The position numbers were made by a program, and so were the translations under genes. Below the pieces are notes generated by a model. It made no database searches, was not told the origin of the DNA, and saw nothing but the letters and a program-made list of their open reading frames with translations. A DNA stretch of 63,810 nucleotides, counting the filler, from an uncultured Acidimicrobiia bacterium (lineage in GTDB: Bacteria > Actinomycetota > Acidimicrobiia > Spongiisociales > JAOTWH01): NCBI GenBank assembly GCA_964347285.1. It is 3 parts of 3 records of this genome, joined end to end, with 100 filler letters (N's around TTAATTAATTAA, not from the genome) between each part and the next. Parts side by side here need not be neighbours in the genome. Positions count along the whole stretch, not along the records: positions 1 to 21,964 come from CAYFYE010000040.1; 2 more parts are not named here. The stretch is one strand, 5' to 3'. Shown one piece after another: positions 1 to 11,276 of this stretch. Position 1 is the first letter of the stretch; each line of letters starts with the position of its first letter.

Positions 1-3
1 TCC

Positions 4-708
4 GTGGCCGAGGCCATGTCCGAAGTGCCGGTCACCATCCATCCTGCGGCGCCGTTGGGCGACGTGCAGGGTCACCTCGACCGGAGCCGCCATCACGGCC
101 TGCCGGTGGTGGCGGACGGCAAGCTGGTGGGCATCATCACCGTCACCGACATCCTGCGGGCGGGAGGCCCCTCCGACCAGGTCCGGGCCGACGAGGCGAT
201 GACTCCCGCGCCGACCACGGTCACCCCCTCCACGCCGGTGTCCCGGGCCCTGGAACGGATGGCGGCGCTCGGAGTGGGCCGGCTGCCAGTGGTGGCCGAC
301 GTCGACGCCGACCGGCTGGTGGGCATGTTTCGCCGCGAGGACGCCGTCGGCGCCTACCACCGGGCGCTGACGACCGCGGCCGAGGTCGAGGAGCAGCGAG
401 AGCGGCTTCGGGTGCGGATCCGGCCCGGGACCCAGTTTTTCGAGTTCACCATTCCGGGCGGCTCGCTGGCCGACGGCCGGCCGCTGCGGGAGGTGGCCTG
501 GCCCGACGACTGCACGCTGGTGTCGATCCGGCGGGGCCGTCGCACCCTCGTTCCCGCCGGCGATACCGAGCTCGCGGCCGGAGACGTGATCACCGCCTTC
601 GGCACTCCCGGGTCCCGGGAGCGGGTCCAGATCAGGCTCACCCCCGACCACCTGCAATTCGAAGAAGAGGACATGGGGGCCTCAGCAGGGGAGTCGGCGG
701 ACGGGTAG
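4..708 (+). CDS. CBS-pair + TrkA-C (RCK-C) domain protein, probably the C-terminal part of a CLC chloride-channel-family gene starting before the window
   Basis: Two CBS motifs (LPVV..G.LVGIITxxD; LPVV...LVGMF) then TrkA-C (SLADGRPLREVAWPDDCTLVSIRRG...PAGDTELAAGD); frame is open to the window edge. Confidence 0.7.
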   Translation: MAEAMSEVPVTIHPAAPLGDVQGHLDRSRHHGLPVVADGKLVGIITVTDILRAGGPSDQVRADEAMTPAPTTVTPSTPVSRALERMAALGVGRLPVVADVDADRLVGMFRREDAVGAYHRALTTAAEVEEQRERLRVRIRPGTQFFEFTIPGGSLADGRPLREVAWPDDCTLVSIRRGRRTLVPAGDTELAAGDVITAFGTPGSRERVQIRLTPDHLQFEEEDMGASAGESADG

Positions 709-739
709 CCTCGCCGTCACGCGAGAGGGGAGGGCACCC

Positions 740-1069
740 GTGCAGTACGTGTATCGCTATTCGATCAAGCCCGGCAAGGTCACCGAGCACCTGGAGTGGA
801 TCAGGAAGAACCGCCAGGTGTTCCAGGACCATGCTCCCGAAGGTTGGACCTACTTGGGCACCTGGTTCACGGTCCAGGGCTTCGGGCCGCACGACGCCGA
901 GAGCCGCTGGGAGCTCGAGGATTACGGCTCGTTGGGCACCGGCTTCGGCGACGAGGAGAATCAGCGCCTCTTGGCCGAGTTCATCAGTGAGTATCAGGAC
1001 GACGTCAACCGGCCCCAGGTGTCGCTGATGAAGAGCATGGATGAGGTGAGCGCCCTGGCCGGCGTCTGA
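740..1069 (+). CDS. hypothetical protein, possibly a NIPSNAP-like/dimeric alpha-beta barrel
   Basis: GGAGG RBS before GTG; coding-like codon usage; YRYSIKPGK..E pattern. Confidence 0.6.
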   Translation: MQYVYRYSIKPGKVTEHLEWIRKNRQVFQDHAPEGWTYLGTWFTVQGFGPHDAESRWELEDYGSLGTGFGDEENQRLLAEFISEYQDDVNRPQVSLMKSMDEVSALAGV

Positions 1070-1148
1070 GGGAGCGCCCGGATCTGCCGTACGGCCCTGG
1101 CCCGGGCCCGCTCGGTCGGGAATGCTGTGGACTGAGGAGGAGGGCCCG

Positions 1149-3641
1149 ATGTCCGGGACCGGCGGAACTGCCCCGCCTCTGACCCACTCCGGGCATGGAG
1201 CTGTCCATCAGGCCTGGTCGAGGCGGCAGTGGGCTGCGCTGTGGGTCGGAATCGCCGCCTCGTCGGCGGCGGTCATCGCTTTCGAGATCGTCCTGACCCG
1301 GGTGTTTGCGGTCGCCCAGTTCTACCACTTCGCCTTCCTCACCGTGAGTCTGGCCTTGCTCGGGTTCGGGGCGAGTGGATCGGTGCTCACCGCCTTCCCC
1401 GGGCTAGGCCGGGGCGGGCCACGCCGCTGGGCCCTGCTGGCGCTGACCCAGTCGATCGGGACGGTCGGGGCCTACGCCGTCACCAATCGAATTCCCTTCG
1501 ACTCGTTCTCGATCGCCTGGGATACCACCCAGGTCCTGTACCTGGCCATCTACTACGTGGCATTGGCGGTGCCGTTCTTCTTTGGGGGGGCGGTGCTGGG
1601 GACGCTGCTGTCCGGGTGGGACCAACCTGAGTCGATTCCCTCGCATCGGGTGTACGGGGCCGGCCTGGCCGGTTCGGGAGCCGGGGCCCTGGTGGCCCTG
1701 GCCGGGGCCGAGTTCCTGGGCGGCGTCGGGGTGATCTTCGTCGCTGCCCTCCTGGCCTTGACGGCTGCGCTGGCCTTCAGCTGGGCGGGGGATCCGCGGT
1801 GGTCGGCAGCGGTGGTGGGCGGAGCCGTGCTGGCGGTGCTGCTGGGGGTGGCGGCCGTCATGCCTCCCGCGTTCATGGACGTGCGGCTGTCCCAGTACAA
1901 GGGACTGAGCGCAGTGCTGCGCTTCCCCGACGCCGAGATCGTCTCGACCGACTGGGACACCGCCGGTCGAATCGATCATGTGCGCAGCGAGGCAATCCGC
2001 TCCCTACCCGGCCTGAGCTTCACCTATCTCGGCGACCCCCCACCGCAAGAAGGGGTCACCTTCGATGGGGACGACCTCAATCCGATACCGCGCGTTACCC
2101 CCGCCGACGCCGATTTCGTTCCGTATCTGCTCACCTCGTTGCCGTTCTCGCTGCACCCAGAGGGTGAGGCGTTGATACTCGAGCCCCGGGGCGGGCTCGA
2201 CGTCTTGGTGGCATTGGCTTCCGGGTCGGGGTCGGTGGTGGCCGTCGAGCCCAACGAAGCGGCCCTCTCTGCGGCCCGCTCCGCCGCTCCCGATCCCTAC
2301 GGCGATCCCCGGGTCGAGGTGGTGGTCGCCGAGCCCCGCTCCTATGTGGAGCGCACCGATCGCCGCTTCGACGTGATCGATCTGGCCCTCACCGCTCCCT
2401 ACCGGCCGGTCACCTCGGGCGCCTACAGCCTGGGCGAGGACTACACCCTCACCACAGAGGCCTTCGCCGCCTATCTGCAGCGACTCCGCCCCGGCGGGAT
2501 GCTGGCCGCGATGCGCTGGTTGCAGACCCCTCCCTCCGAGGAATCCCGGTTGGTCGCACTGGCCGGAGAGGCGGCCCGCCATGCCGGAGCCGAGCCGACC
2601 AAAGCGGTGGTGGCGTTGCGGGGTTTCTCGGCGGCCCTGGTGATCGTCAAGCCGGACCACTTCACCGACGGCGAACTAGCCCAGATCCGCCGGTTCGCCG
2701 ACGAGCGCCGCTTCGACCTGATCGCCGCCCCGGATCTGAGCGGCGAGGAGGCCAACCGCTACAACCGGCTTCCCGAGGACGAGTACTACCCCCTGGCCGC
2801 CGACCTGCTGGCCGCCCCCGACCCCTCCGACGTCTACGCCGGCTCCGACTTCGCCATCGCTCCGCCCACCGACGACCACCCCTTCTTCGGACACTTCTTC
2901 ACCTGGGCCCAGGCCGCCGCCGTCCTCGACACTCTGGGACGGACCTGGCAGCCCTTCGGCGGGGCCGGCTACTTCGTGCTCCTGGCCTTCCTCGGGCTGG
3001 CGGTGGCCGCGGCGGCGGTGCTCATCGTTGCCCCGCTGGGCGTAGCCCGCCTCCGGCAGGGGCGCACCGGTGGGCCGGGTCGGGGCGGGCCCCGTCTGTG
3101 GACGCTGGCCTACTTCGGGCTCCTCGGAGTGGCGTTCCTGTTCGTGGAGATCCCGATCATCCAGCAGTACATCTTGCTGGTGGGGCGTCCCACCACGGCA
3201 CTGGCGGTAGTGCTGTTTGCCCTGCTGTTGTCCTCGGGGCTGGGTTCGCTGTGGTCGCGTCGCATCCGGTGGCGATGGGGAGCAGTCGGCCTGGTCGGCG
3301 CCATCGCCGCCTATCCCTTCGTGATCCGTTGGCTCACCGGAGGGGTGCTGTTCGCCCCCTTGGGGGTGCGCCTGCTCCTGGGCGGGGTAATGCTGTTTCC
3401 GCTCGGCTTCCTGATGGGGACGATGTTCCCCAAGGGCCTGGCCTACCTGGAGGACCGGGCCCCCCACCTCATCCCGTGGGCCTGGGGGGTGAACGGAACG
3501 ATGTCGGTGATCAGCGGAGCCGCCGCCGCTCTGCTGGCCCTCTCCTTTGGGTTCTCGGTGGTGGTCCTGGCCGGAGGGGCCTGCTACGCCCTGTGCATCC
3601 CGCTGGTCCGTCCCGGGGAGCTCACGACTCGGCCCGGGTGA
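1149..3641 (+). CDS. integral membrane spermidine-synthase-like / class I SAM-dependent methyltransferase
   Basis: N- and C-terminal multi-TM blocks flank a soluble MTase (LILEPRGGLDV, VAVEPN, RFDVIDL, TDDHPFF); C-terminal WAWGVNG motif; GAGGAGG RBS before ATG 1149. Confidence 0.8.
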   Translation: MSGTGGTAPPLTHSGHGAVHQAWSRRQWAALWVGIAASSAAVIAFEIVLTRVFAVAQFYHFAFLTVSLALLGFGASGSVLTAFPGLGRGGPRRWALLALTQSIGTVGAYAVTNRIPFDSFSIAWDTTQVLYLAIYYVALAVPFFFGGAVLGTLLSGWDQPESIPSHRVYGAGLAGSGAGALVALAGAEFLGGVGVIFVAALLALTAALAFSWAGDPRWSAAVVGGAVLAVLLGVAAVMPPAFMDVRLSQYKGLSAVLRFPDAEIVSTDWDTAGRIDHVRSEAIRSLPGLSFTYLGDPPPQEGVTFDGDDLNPIPRVTPADADFVPYLLTSLPFSLHPEGEALILEPRGGLDVLVALASGSGSVVAVEPNEAALSAARSAAPDPYGDPRVEVVVAEPRSYVERTDRRFDVIDLALTAPYRPVTSGAYSLGEDYTLTTEAFAAYLQRLRPGGMLAAMRWLQTPPSEESRLVALAGEAARHAGAEPTKAVVALRGFSAALVIVKPDHFTDGELAQIRRFADERRFDLIAAPDLSGEEANRYNRLPEDEYYPLAADLLAAPDPSDVYAGSDFAIAPPTDDHPFFGHFFTWAQAAAVLDTLGRTWQPFGGAGYFVLLAFLGLAVAAAAVLIVAPLGVARLRQGRTGGPGRGGPRLWTLAYFGLLGVAFLFVEIPIIQQYILLVGRPTTALAVVLFALLLSSGLGSLWSRRIRWRWGAVGLVGAIAAYPFVIRWLTGGVLFAPLGVRLLLGGVMLFPLGFLMGTMFPKGLAYLEDRAPHLIPWAWGVNGTMSVISGAAAALLALSFGFSVVVLAGGACYALCIPLVRPGELTTRPG

Positions 3642-4431
3642 ACGGCACGAACCGGACCGCACCCAGGTTCTGGGCGAGCAGATCGCCCTGGTCGTCGGCG
3701 GTGAACTTCCACAGCGTCTGCACCGCCCCGATCGGTCCGACCGGGATGACCATCCGACCTCCGGGGGCCAGCTGGCGCACCAGCGGCTGGGGAACGTGGT
3801 CGGGGGCGGCGGTCACGATGATGGCGTCGAAGGGGGCGTGCTCCTCCCAGCCGTGATAGCCGTCGGCGGCCAGGGTCTCGACGCCGGTGTATCCGAGGCG
3901 CTCCAGGCGCTCGGACGCCCCCTCGGCCAGCTCGGGAACGATCTCGATCGTGTACACCTCCAGGCCCATGTCGGCCAGCACCGCCGCCTGATAGCCCGAG
4001 CCGGTGCCGATCTCGAGCACCTTGGCGCCCGGTTTCACCTCGAGCGCCTCGCTCATCAGGGCCACGATGTAGGGCTGGGAGATCGTCTGCCCGTGGCCGA
4101 TGGGGAGGGGATGGTCGGCATAGGCCTCGCCCAGGAACTCGGCGGGAACGAACTCGTGGCGGGGCGTGATGCCCATCGCCTCCAGCACTACCGGGTCGGA
4201 GACACCGCGGGACTCGATCTGGTTCTCGACCATGGCGGTGCGGGCCTCGGCGTAGGGGTCGGTGTCGGCGGCGATCGTGGTCGGGGCGGTGGAAGTGGGA
4301 GCCAAGGATGTTGGAGCCGAGGAGGCGGGTGGTGGTGTCGGGGTGGTCGGGGCCGTCGTCGGGGCGGTGCCGTCGCCGGAGCAGCTCGCCGCCGCCAGCG
4401 CCAGCACCGCCAGTACCCCCCAGGATCTCAT
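3622..4431 (-). CDS. pcm: protein-L-isoaspartate(D-aspartate) O-methyltransferase with N-terminal lipoprotein signal and Pro/Thr linker
   Basis: PRHEFVP, AYADHPLPIGHGQTISQPYIVA, VLEIGTGSGYQAA, APFDAIIVTAAP, VRFVP; N-terminus MRSWGVLAVLALAAASC. Confidence 0.92.
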   Translation of the reverse strand: MRSWGVLAVLALAAASCSGDGTAPTTAPTTPTPPPASSAPTSLAPTSTAPTTIAADTDPYAEARTAMVENQIESRGVSDPVVLEAMGITPRHEFVPAEFLGEAYADHPLPIGHGQTISQPYIVALMSEALEVKPGAKVLEIGTGSGYQAAVLADMGLEVYTIEIVPELAEGASERLERLGYTGVETLAADGYHGWEEHAPFDAIIVTAAPDHVPQPLVRQLAPGGRMVIPVGPIGAVQTLWKFTADDQGDLLAQNLGAVRFVPFTRAES

Positions 4432-4520
4432 GTGGTCAGCGTACCGAGATGGCGGTCTCTGTTCCCCATGAAGAGAACCGGGCCCCGTGGGGCCCGGTTC
4501 GGATCGAAGAGGATTCCCGA

Positions 4521-4747
4521 CTAGGGACACAGGGGAATGGCACCGCCAGGCCCGTGGGCGGCCCAGAAGGCCGGGGCCCCTCCCTTGAAGTGACCCGGGA
4601 ACGGTGCCACATCGCTGACGAATGAGCCGAACGGCAGTCCGCGTTGATCTTCTTGCCCCAGGCCGTGTGACCCTTGGCCGAGACCACAGGGGCGATCATC
4701 AGCACTACCAGCGCGACCAGCAGCACCACGATCAAAATGCGCTTCAT
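4521..4747 (-). pseudogene. small secreted protein split by a frameshift near 4635
   Basis: Signal peptide MKRILIVVLLVALVVLMIAPVVSA after RBS in one frame; a protein-like tail GLPFGSFVSDVAPFPGHFKGG...IPLCP continues in another frame. Confidence 0.5.
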
Positions 4748-4886
4748 CCCTCTCTCCTTCCCGGCCGCCGAACCCGCGACAACCACCTAGCACGGTCGCG
4801 AGGCTGGCAGTCGGATGCTGGGAGTGATGTCGGGGCGTCGCGCCGGCCTCCTGATACGAGTAGGAGTCGGTCGGCCGACCCGGAGC

Positions 4887-5390
4887 TCAGCCGCCGTACA
4901 CCGGGTCTCCGGGATGGAAGGCCGACCAGGCGAACCAGAAGTCGTTTCCGTGGATCACCCGGTCGAGTCGGGAGCCGGCCAGGGGCCCGTCGATGGCGAT
5001 GCCGAGCAGGTTCCATGTGGATCCGGTCTCGGCGTCGGTGAACGTGTCGGCGCCGGCCGTCGAGAAAGTGAGCACCCGACCGTCGACGGTGCGGAAGTAG
5101 GCCACCCCGGTGCCGATGCTGCGACCCTGGGTGATGTCGGAGGTGTCGAGCTCATCGGCGGTATCGGGGGCGCCCCACAGGACGACGATCGGGCGCCCGG
5201 CCACGGTGTCGTTGACGGCCTGCTCCTCACCGATCACGGAGAACGGGTAGGCCTTGTCCCGACCGTCGACGGTGACACCTATTACTCGCTCCAGGGCCGG
5301 GAACCGGTCATCGGTCTCGCCGTCGAAGAGGAAGGGGCGGGTGCTCGACGAGTAGCCCTGGCCGTCGCGGAACACGACCCCGTGGGGATG
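4887..5390 (-). pseudogene. DUF3179-family protein, C-terminal part only
   Basis: PFLFDG..D.R, ERVIGV, KAYPF, FTDAETGSTWNLLG.AIDGPLAG.RL, FWFAWSAFHP; N-terminal half absent. Confidence 0.75.
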
Positions 5391-5629
5391 CTCATCACGC
5401 CCAGGCCCATGGGCGTCTTCGGGTTCTCGTCGAAGTTGAGCTTGGCAACGGTGATACGGTCGTCGTGCTCGGCGGCGATCTCGTCGAGGACCGGGGCGAT
5501 GGCCTTACAGGGCCCGCACCAATCGGCCCAGACGTCGACGAGGGTGGGCCGCTCCGAGGCGACGACGTCGTCGAAGTCGTCGTCGGCGACCGCGAACAGA
5601 ATTGTCGCGGTGGTAGTGGCTTCTGACAT
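5380..5629 (-). pseudogene. trxA: thioredoxin truncated right after the cis-Pro motif
   Basis: [17 protein letters not shown]...[10 protein letters not shown]...GVMSIPT, then similarity stops abruptly. Confidence 0.8.
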
Positions 5630-5787
5630 CGTTGTCTCCGTTTGTGTTGTCTCCTACGTTCACAAACGCCTCGCGATCTGCAGAGTCCCCACAATGTCGT
5701 CTGCCCGACAGAGAAGCTGAAGGCCGGCGCCGGGCAGTACGGCCTGCCGGGGCCGGGCGAGGGGAGCACAATGAGAGGGAGAGAGGC

Positions 5788-6870
<1,083 letters not shown>

Positions 6871-7036
6871 CCGCCTCACCCGGTCTCCTTTGCGTCCGGT
6901 CAGACCCCGCATCCCACGGACGTTGGGGTCGAGAGCAGCCGTCGTGGCCCTCGCGTCAGCTCTTTGCATTTCACGAGAGCGGTCCTATTCCTCTAGCGGC
7001 AGAGGTCCGGGTGTTGTCCCCGATGCGCCTCAGCCG

Positions 7037-7315
7037 ATGCCCGAGGGGCCGGTGTTTCACTACTACCTGACGAAGTCCAATCTGCTCGCCACCGAGGCCG
7101 GGATCACGGTCGACTCCACGGTGGGTGACCTCGAAGCGGCCTACCCGGGTGTTCGATTCGTGGAGGGCCGCTGCGACGACGAGGAGGAGTTCGTAGTGGA
7201 TCCCCCACCGGGATGGCTCGAGCTTCCGATTGTCGGTTTGCTCGACGGTGATGCCGAGGACGCGAGCACCAACATCGTCTACATCAGTGCCGGTTGGGAC
7301 CGGACTCCATGCTGA
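7037..7315 (+). CDS. hypothetical protein, possibly a C-terminal remnant
   Basis: Protein-like stretch TEAGITVDSTVGDLEAAYPG; start uncertain. Confidence 0.4.
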   Translation: MPEGPVFHYYLTKSNLLATEAGITVDSTVGDLEAAYPGVRFVEGRCDDEEEFVVDPPPGWLELPIVGLLDGDAEDASTNIVYISAGWDRTPC

Positions 7316-7320
7316 GCGCG

Positions 7321-7359
7321 GATACCCGTGTGACCCCGGCGATACCCGTGTGGCCCCGG
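7321..7359. repeat. two-copy 20-bp tandem repeat GATACCCGTGTG(A/G)CCCCGG
   Basis: Copies at 7321 and 7341. Confidence 0.7.
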
Positions 7360-7453
7360 TGAGACGAGAAGCTCTTGCCGAGGTTCATCGCCGCCGTTCC
7401 CTGCACGTCAATGGTTCTGGGTCCCCAAGACGGTGAGAAAGTGGCACGGCAGC

Positions 7454-9109
7454 TCAGCGCCGGGGGATCTGCCTCCCGAAGCAGTCCAGGCCCTCTCCGG
7501 GCCGGTAGGTAGCGAATACCGAGTCCTCCAGCTCGACTCCGTCGGGGTCGGTGCGGGTGCGGAAGGTCTCCACGCGGGTGCACCGGGCCGCGCCGGTGAC
7601 GGCCTGGCCGGTCTGCTCCACCTCGAAGTACGGGGTGGACCACAGCTGGACGGTGATCGAGGTGTCGGTGTACTCGGTCCACAGGAGCATGGCGTGGGGC
7701 GTCCTGTTGAACACGACCAGGTCGGGGGCGGGGTAGCCCAGGGTGGCCTCCCGGCCGTAGGGGTAACGGCTGATATATAGAGAATGGCTCTGGTACTCGA
7801 GGAAGTCGAGGCCGGCGAAGAAGGCGGCATTGAACATCGTGGTGGCGAACTGGGAAATGCCGCCGCCCACGTCGGTCTCGAACCGGCCCCGCTCGATGAC
7901 TCCTGCCTCCACGAACCCCTCTTCCCGGGTCCGCTCCCCGATCGTTTCGTTGATGGAGAAGCGTTGCCCGGGACCGATGATCGTGCCGCGCAGCAGATCG
8001 GCGATCCGGTGGATGTTCTCCACCCGGCTCTCGCAGCAGCGATGGTTGGTGGTGAACTCGCCGACCAGCTCACGGATTCCGTAGCTTTCGATGAGGTCGG
8101 CCTCGGCGCGCCGGTCGTTCCGGCGGACCGGCAACTCGACAGGATCCGGGGTGGGGTTGCGGGCCGCCGCGATCATCACCTCGGACACGCCCGGTGCACA
8201 GCACACCATTACCGGCGGACCCGGCTTCACCTCGACCCGGCCGTCGACGATCACAAAGGTGGGTTCAACGTCGATGCTGGTCATGTGACCGAAGGCGATC
8301 TCCAGGGCCTTACGGGTGCGTACCTCGTCGAAGGTGGGTTCCAGTCGGCCCCGGGAGGTCGTCGAGCGGATCCAGCTGCGAATGACGGAGGAGTCCACCG
8401 TGGCGGTGCGGCCGTTGATGAGGACCCGCATCGGCCGGGCGGCCAGCCGCTCCGCCTCTTCGAGAGCGGTGGCCAGGTCGGCCGTGTCGAACCGCGTCGG
8501 GATGGAAGCCCAGCCCACTTCCACGGCCCGGGGCACCGTTCCCACGGCCAGGTCGGCCTGGATGGCGGCGGCGACGTCGGCGGGATCGACGCGAAGGCCG
8601 TTCACCCCTTCCTGCGCTTCGAGGCGGCCGTCGGCCGCGTCGAAGGAGGGCTCCACCGGCCGGCGGTAGAGGGCCTCGGGCCGCGACTCGACGGCTGTCG
8701 CCGTCGTCCCGGAATCGACGGCGAAGACCGGGGGGGCGTCGTGGTCGGTGAAGAAGGCGTATCCCCAATTGGCCCAGGCGGCCAGGGGTTGGCGACCGCG
8801 TCCCGTCGCCAGCGCGGCAGCAACGGTGGCGTCCACATCGAGGACCAGGCCGAACTCGGCGGCGGTTCCGGCCAGCACGCCGTTCGGACTGTGCACTGCG
8901 AACGGGGTCGCTGCCTGGGAAGCAGCCACCTCTTCGACGACCTCCCGCAGTGCCGGCTCGTCCAGTCCCCCGATCGACCGGCCATCGAGGCGGACGTTGC
9001 GCAGGACCTGGTCTTGGTGCACGAAGAGGTCCAGCGCCCAGGCCCCGGCGCCTCCGAGGACGACGAGGACGGCGCCGATTCCCAGCGCCAGGAGAACTCT
9101 CCGGATCAT
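7454..9109 (-). CDS. VanW family protein with N-terminal anchor and PG-binding-4-like region
   Basis: RVENIHRIA..L.GTIIGPGQRFSINETIGERT...GF, GGGISQFATTMFNAAFFAGL, HSLYISRYPYGREAT. Confidence 0.88.
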   Translation of the reverse strand: MIRRVLLALGIGAVLVVLGGAGAWALDLFVHQDQVLRNVRLDGRSIGGLDEPALREVVEEVAASQAATPFAVHSPNGVLAGTAAEFGLVLDVDATVAAALATGRGRQPLAAWANWGYAFFTDHDAPPVFAVDSGTTATAVESRPEALYRRPVEPSFDAADGRLEAQEGVNGLRVDPADVAAAIQADLAVGTVPRAVEVGWASIPTRFDTADLATALEEAERLAARPMRVLINGRTATVDSSVIRSWIRSTTSRGRLEPTFDEVRTRKALEIAFGHMTSIDVEPTFVIVDGRVEVKPGPPVMVCCAPGVSEVMIAAARNPTPDPVELPVRRNDRRAEADLIESYGIRELVGEFTTNHRCCESRVENIHRIADLLRGTIIGPGQRFSINETIGERTREEGFVEAGVIERGRFETDVGGGISQFATTMFNAAFFAGLDFLEYQSHSLYISRYPYGREATLGYPAPDLVVFNRTPHAMLLWTEYTDTSITVQLWSTPYFEVEQTGQAVTGAARCTRVETFRTRTDPDGVELEDSVFATYRPGEGLDCFGRQIPRR

Positions 9110-9207
9110 GTCGGGCGAGATGGTATCGGTGAGAGGGGCCGCAGCCGGGCCTCATCGGGTCTAGGCCCTGGCGCTCTTGGACTCACGCCGGCTCATACAC
9201 TCGGACG

Positions 9208-10431
9208 GTGCCCGAGCCCGTTCCCATCGGCGAAGGGACGCTCCCCACAGGCTGGGCCTGGCAGAGCGCCTTCACCTTCCTCCTGCTGCTGGCGATGGCC
9301 GTCGCCACGTTCATGGGGGTCTCGTTCGGCCTGCTGGCTACGTTCCTCATCGACGATCTGGGCATCACCCGCACCCAGGTGGGGTTTCTCGTCTCGGGGG
9401 TGACGCTGCTGGCCGCGGCCGCCTCGCCCTTCGCAGGCCGGGTCACGGATGCCTTCGGCAGCAAGACGGCGTTTGCCGGGATATTCGCAATCGCCGCGGT
9501 CGCCTTCGTGGTCCTGGCCGCAGCGCCGGTGTATGGGGCGATGTTTGCCGCAGTGGGAGTGGCGGCCATAGCGCAGGCGGTGGCCAACCCCGCCACCAAC
9601 AAGCTCATCGCCCAGCACCTTCCGGTGGGAAGGCGAGGAGTGGTGACCGGCATCAAGCAGTCGGGCGTCCAGGCCGGCATCTTCCTGGGTGGATTGGCCG
9701 TTCCATCGGCCGCGATCGCCCTCGGCTGGCGGACCACGGTGGTGCTGGTGGCGCTGGTTCCCTTGGCGGCGCTGCCGGCCGTCGCTCTGCTCATTCCTTC
9801 CGACCGGCCCCAGGCCGGGATGCCTACCGGCACGATCGGTCCACTTCCACCCTCGATTCCCTGGCTGGCGGTGTACGCCTTCCTGGCGGGCTTCGGCGGC
9901 GCCGTCACTATCTTCCTTCCCCTGTATGTCGAGGAGGCCCTCGATCTCGGGCCGCGGCTGGGAGGGATCGCGATCGGATTGGTGGGCCTCACCGCAGTGG
10001 TAGGGCGGGTGGGGTGGGCTAGGGCTGCCGAACGTCGCCGCCAGTTCATCGCTCCGCTCGCCTGGATTGCAGCGGTTTCTGTGTTCGCCTCGGCCGCGCT
10101 CTGGGCGGCCGATCAGGTCGGGCCGGCCCTGCTCTGGATCGGGGTCGTCGCGGCTGGTCTCAGCTCGAGCTCTTGGAACTCGGTGGCGATGCTGGCGGTC
10201 GTCCACGATGCCGGCGCCCAGCGCACCGGCCGGGCCTCCGGGGTGGTCATGCTGGGCTTCTTCGCCGGCCTAGGGAGCGGGCCACCCCTTTTCGGCTATA
10301 CCGTCGACGCCACCGGCCGCTACGACGCGATGTGGATGATCTCGATCGCAGTGTTCGTGGTGACCCTGCTATGGACGCTGGCCTGGAAGCGATCCGAGGC
10401 CGGAGGGAATCGACCCCAGCCCGTGGCCTAG
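9208..10431 (+). CDS. MFS transporter
   Basis: About 12 TM segments; motif A-like GRVTDAFG; GIKQSGVQAG. Confidence 0.85.
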   Translation: MPEPVPIGEGTLPTGWAWQSAFTFLLLLAMAVATFMGVSFGLLATFLIDDLGITRTQVGFLVSGVTLLAAAASPFAGRVTDAFGSKTAFAGIFAIAAVAFVVLAAAPVYGAMFAAVGVAAIAQAVANPATNKLIAQHLPVGRRGVVTGIKQSGVQAGIFLGGLAVPSAAIALGWRTTVVLVALVPLAALPAVALLIPSDRPQAGMPTGTIGPLPPSIPWLAVYAFLAGFGGAVTIFLPLYVEEALDLGPRLGGIAIGLVGLTAVVGRVGWARAAERRRQFIAPLAWIAAVSVFASAALWAADQVGPALLWIGVVAAGLSSSSWNSVAMLAVVHDAGAQRTGRASGVVMLGFFAGLGSGPPLFGYTVDATGRYDAMWMISIAVFVVTLLWTLAWKRSEAGGNRPQPVA

Positions 10432-11195
10432 TTGGCGTACATCCGGGCCTGGGCCAACGCCCAGCGACCGGCTGCGGCCGCGTAGTGGTCCCCGGCCTCC
10501 TCGAAATCGCCCTCCTCGAGGGCGTCGAGGCTGGCGGCGATGTCGGCGGCGCTCTCGTCGAGGGCCAACTCTCCCGGCGAGAACATGTCAGCGACCGAGC
10601 CGTAGTCCAGCTCGACCATGCTGTCGGCCGGGAACTCGCCCAGCCATTCGGTCAGGTTGCGGACCGGCTCCACCACCGAGTCGTCGAACCCGGCCTCCGA
10701 CAGCACCCGAACCACGCGATCGAGGCGGCGCGACGCCGAGCGGCGGTCGGTCCGGTAGCGAATCGAAGTCCCAGAGGAGAGCTGGAGAAGTTCCCGCTGA
10801 TCGGGGGCGAAGGCGGCGAACCAGCGAAGCGGGACGTGCCAGGGCGACGTGAGGATGTGGGAGCGGGCAGCTGGATCGTCCTCGTAGAGGGTCTCCAATT
10901 CGGAGGCGGCCCGACGGACGATGGTCTCGGGCACCAGCATCGAGCCCACCATTCCCGGGTAGGAGTTGTGAAAGGCCAGCAGCCCCTCGAGCATGCGCAG
11001 CTTGGGATAGCGGGGACAGACGAACTCACCGTCACCCCACTCCGTGCGGAAGGCGTCTTCCCGGAGCGATTCCTGCCACACGCCGAAGTCGGATGTCCGT
11101 AGCACCCGCTCACCTGCCGCCGGCGTGACGTGCTCGGGGAGGTCCCGAATGACGTCGTCACGGGTGTACACCCGCAGGTAGGCGGCGCTGATCAT
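10428..11195 (-). CDS. conserved actinobacterial hypothetical protein
   Basis: AYLRVY, CP, HILTSPWHVPLRWF, VELDYG motifs typical of a family found beside Leu/Val dehydrogenase. Confidence 0.7.
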   Translation of the reverse strand: MISAAYLRVYTRDDVIRDLPEHVTPAAGERVLRTSDFGVWQESLREDAFRTEWGDGEFVCPRYPKLRMLEGLLAFHNSYPGMVGSMLVPETIVRRAASELETLYEDDPAARSHILTSPWHVPLRWFAAFAPDQRELLQLSSGTSIRYRTDRRSASRRLDRVVRVLSEAGFDDSVVEPVRNLTEWLGEFPADSMVELDYGSVADMFSPGELALDESAADIAASLDALEEGDFEEAGDHYAAAAGRWALAQARMYAN

Positions 11196-11276
11196 GGCGG
11201 CGATGCTAGTGGTGTGGGGTCCATCGGCCGACAAGGTGACTGATACAATCGCCTCCAGACAACGAAAGGATCTGAC

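Noticed and set aside
7454..9109. Vancomycin resistance locus
   Set aside because: VanW-domain proteins are widespread, and no vanHAX or vanRS genes are nearby
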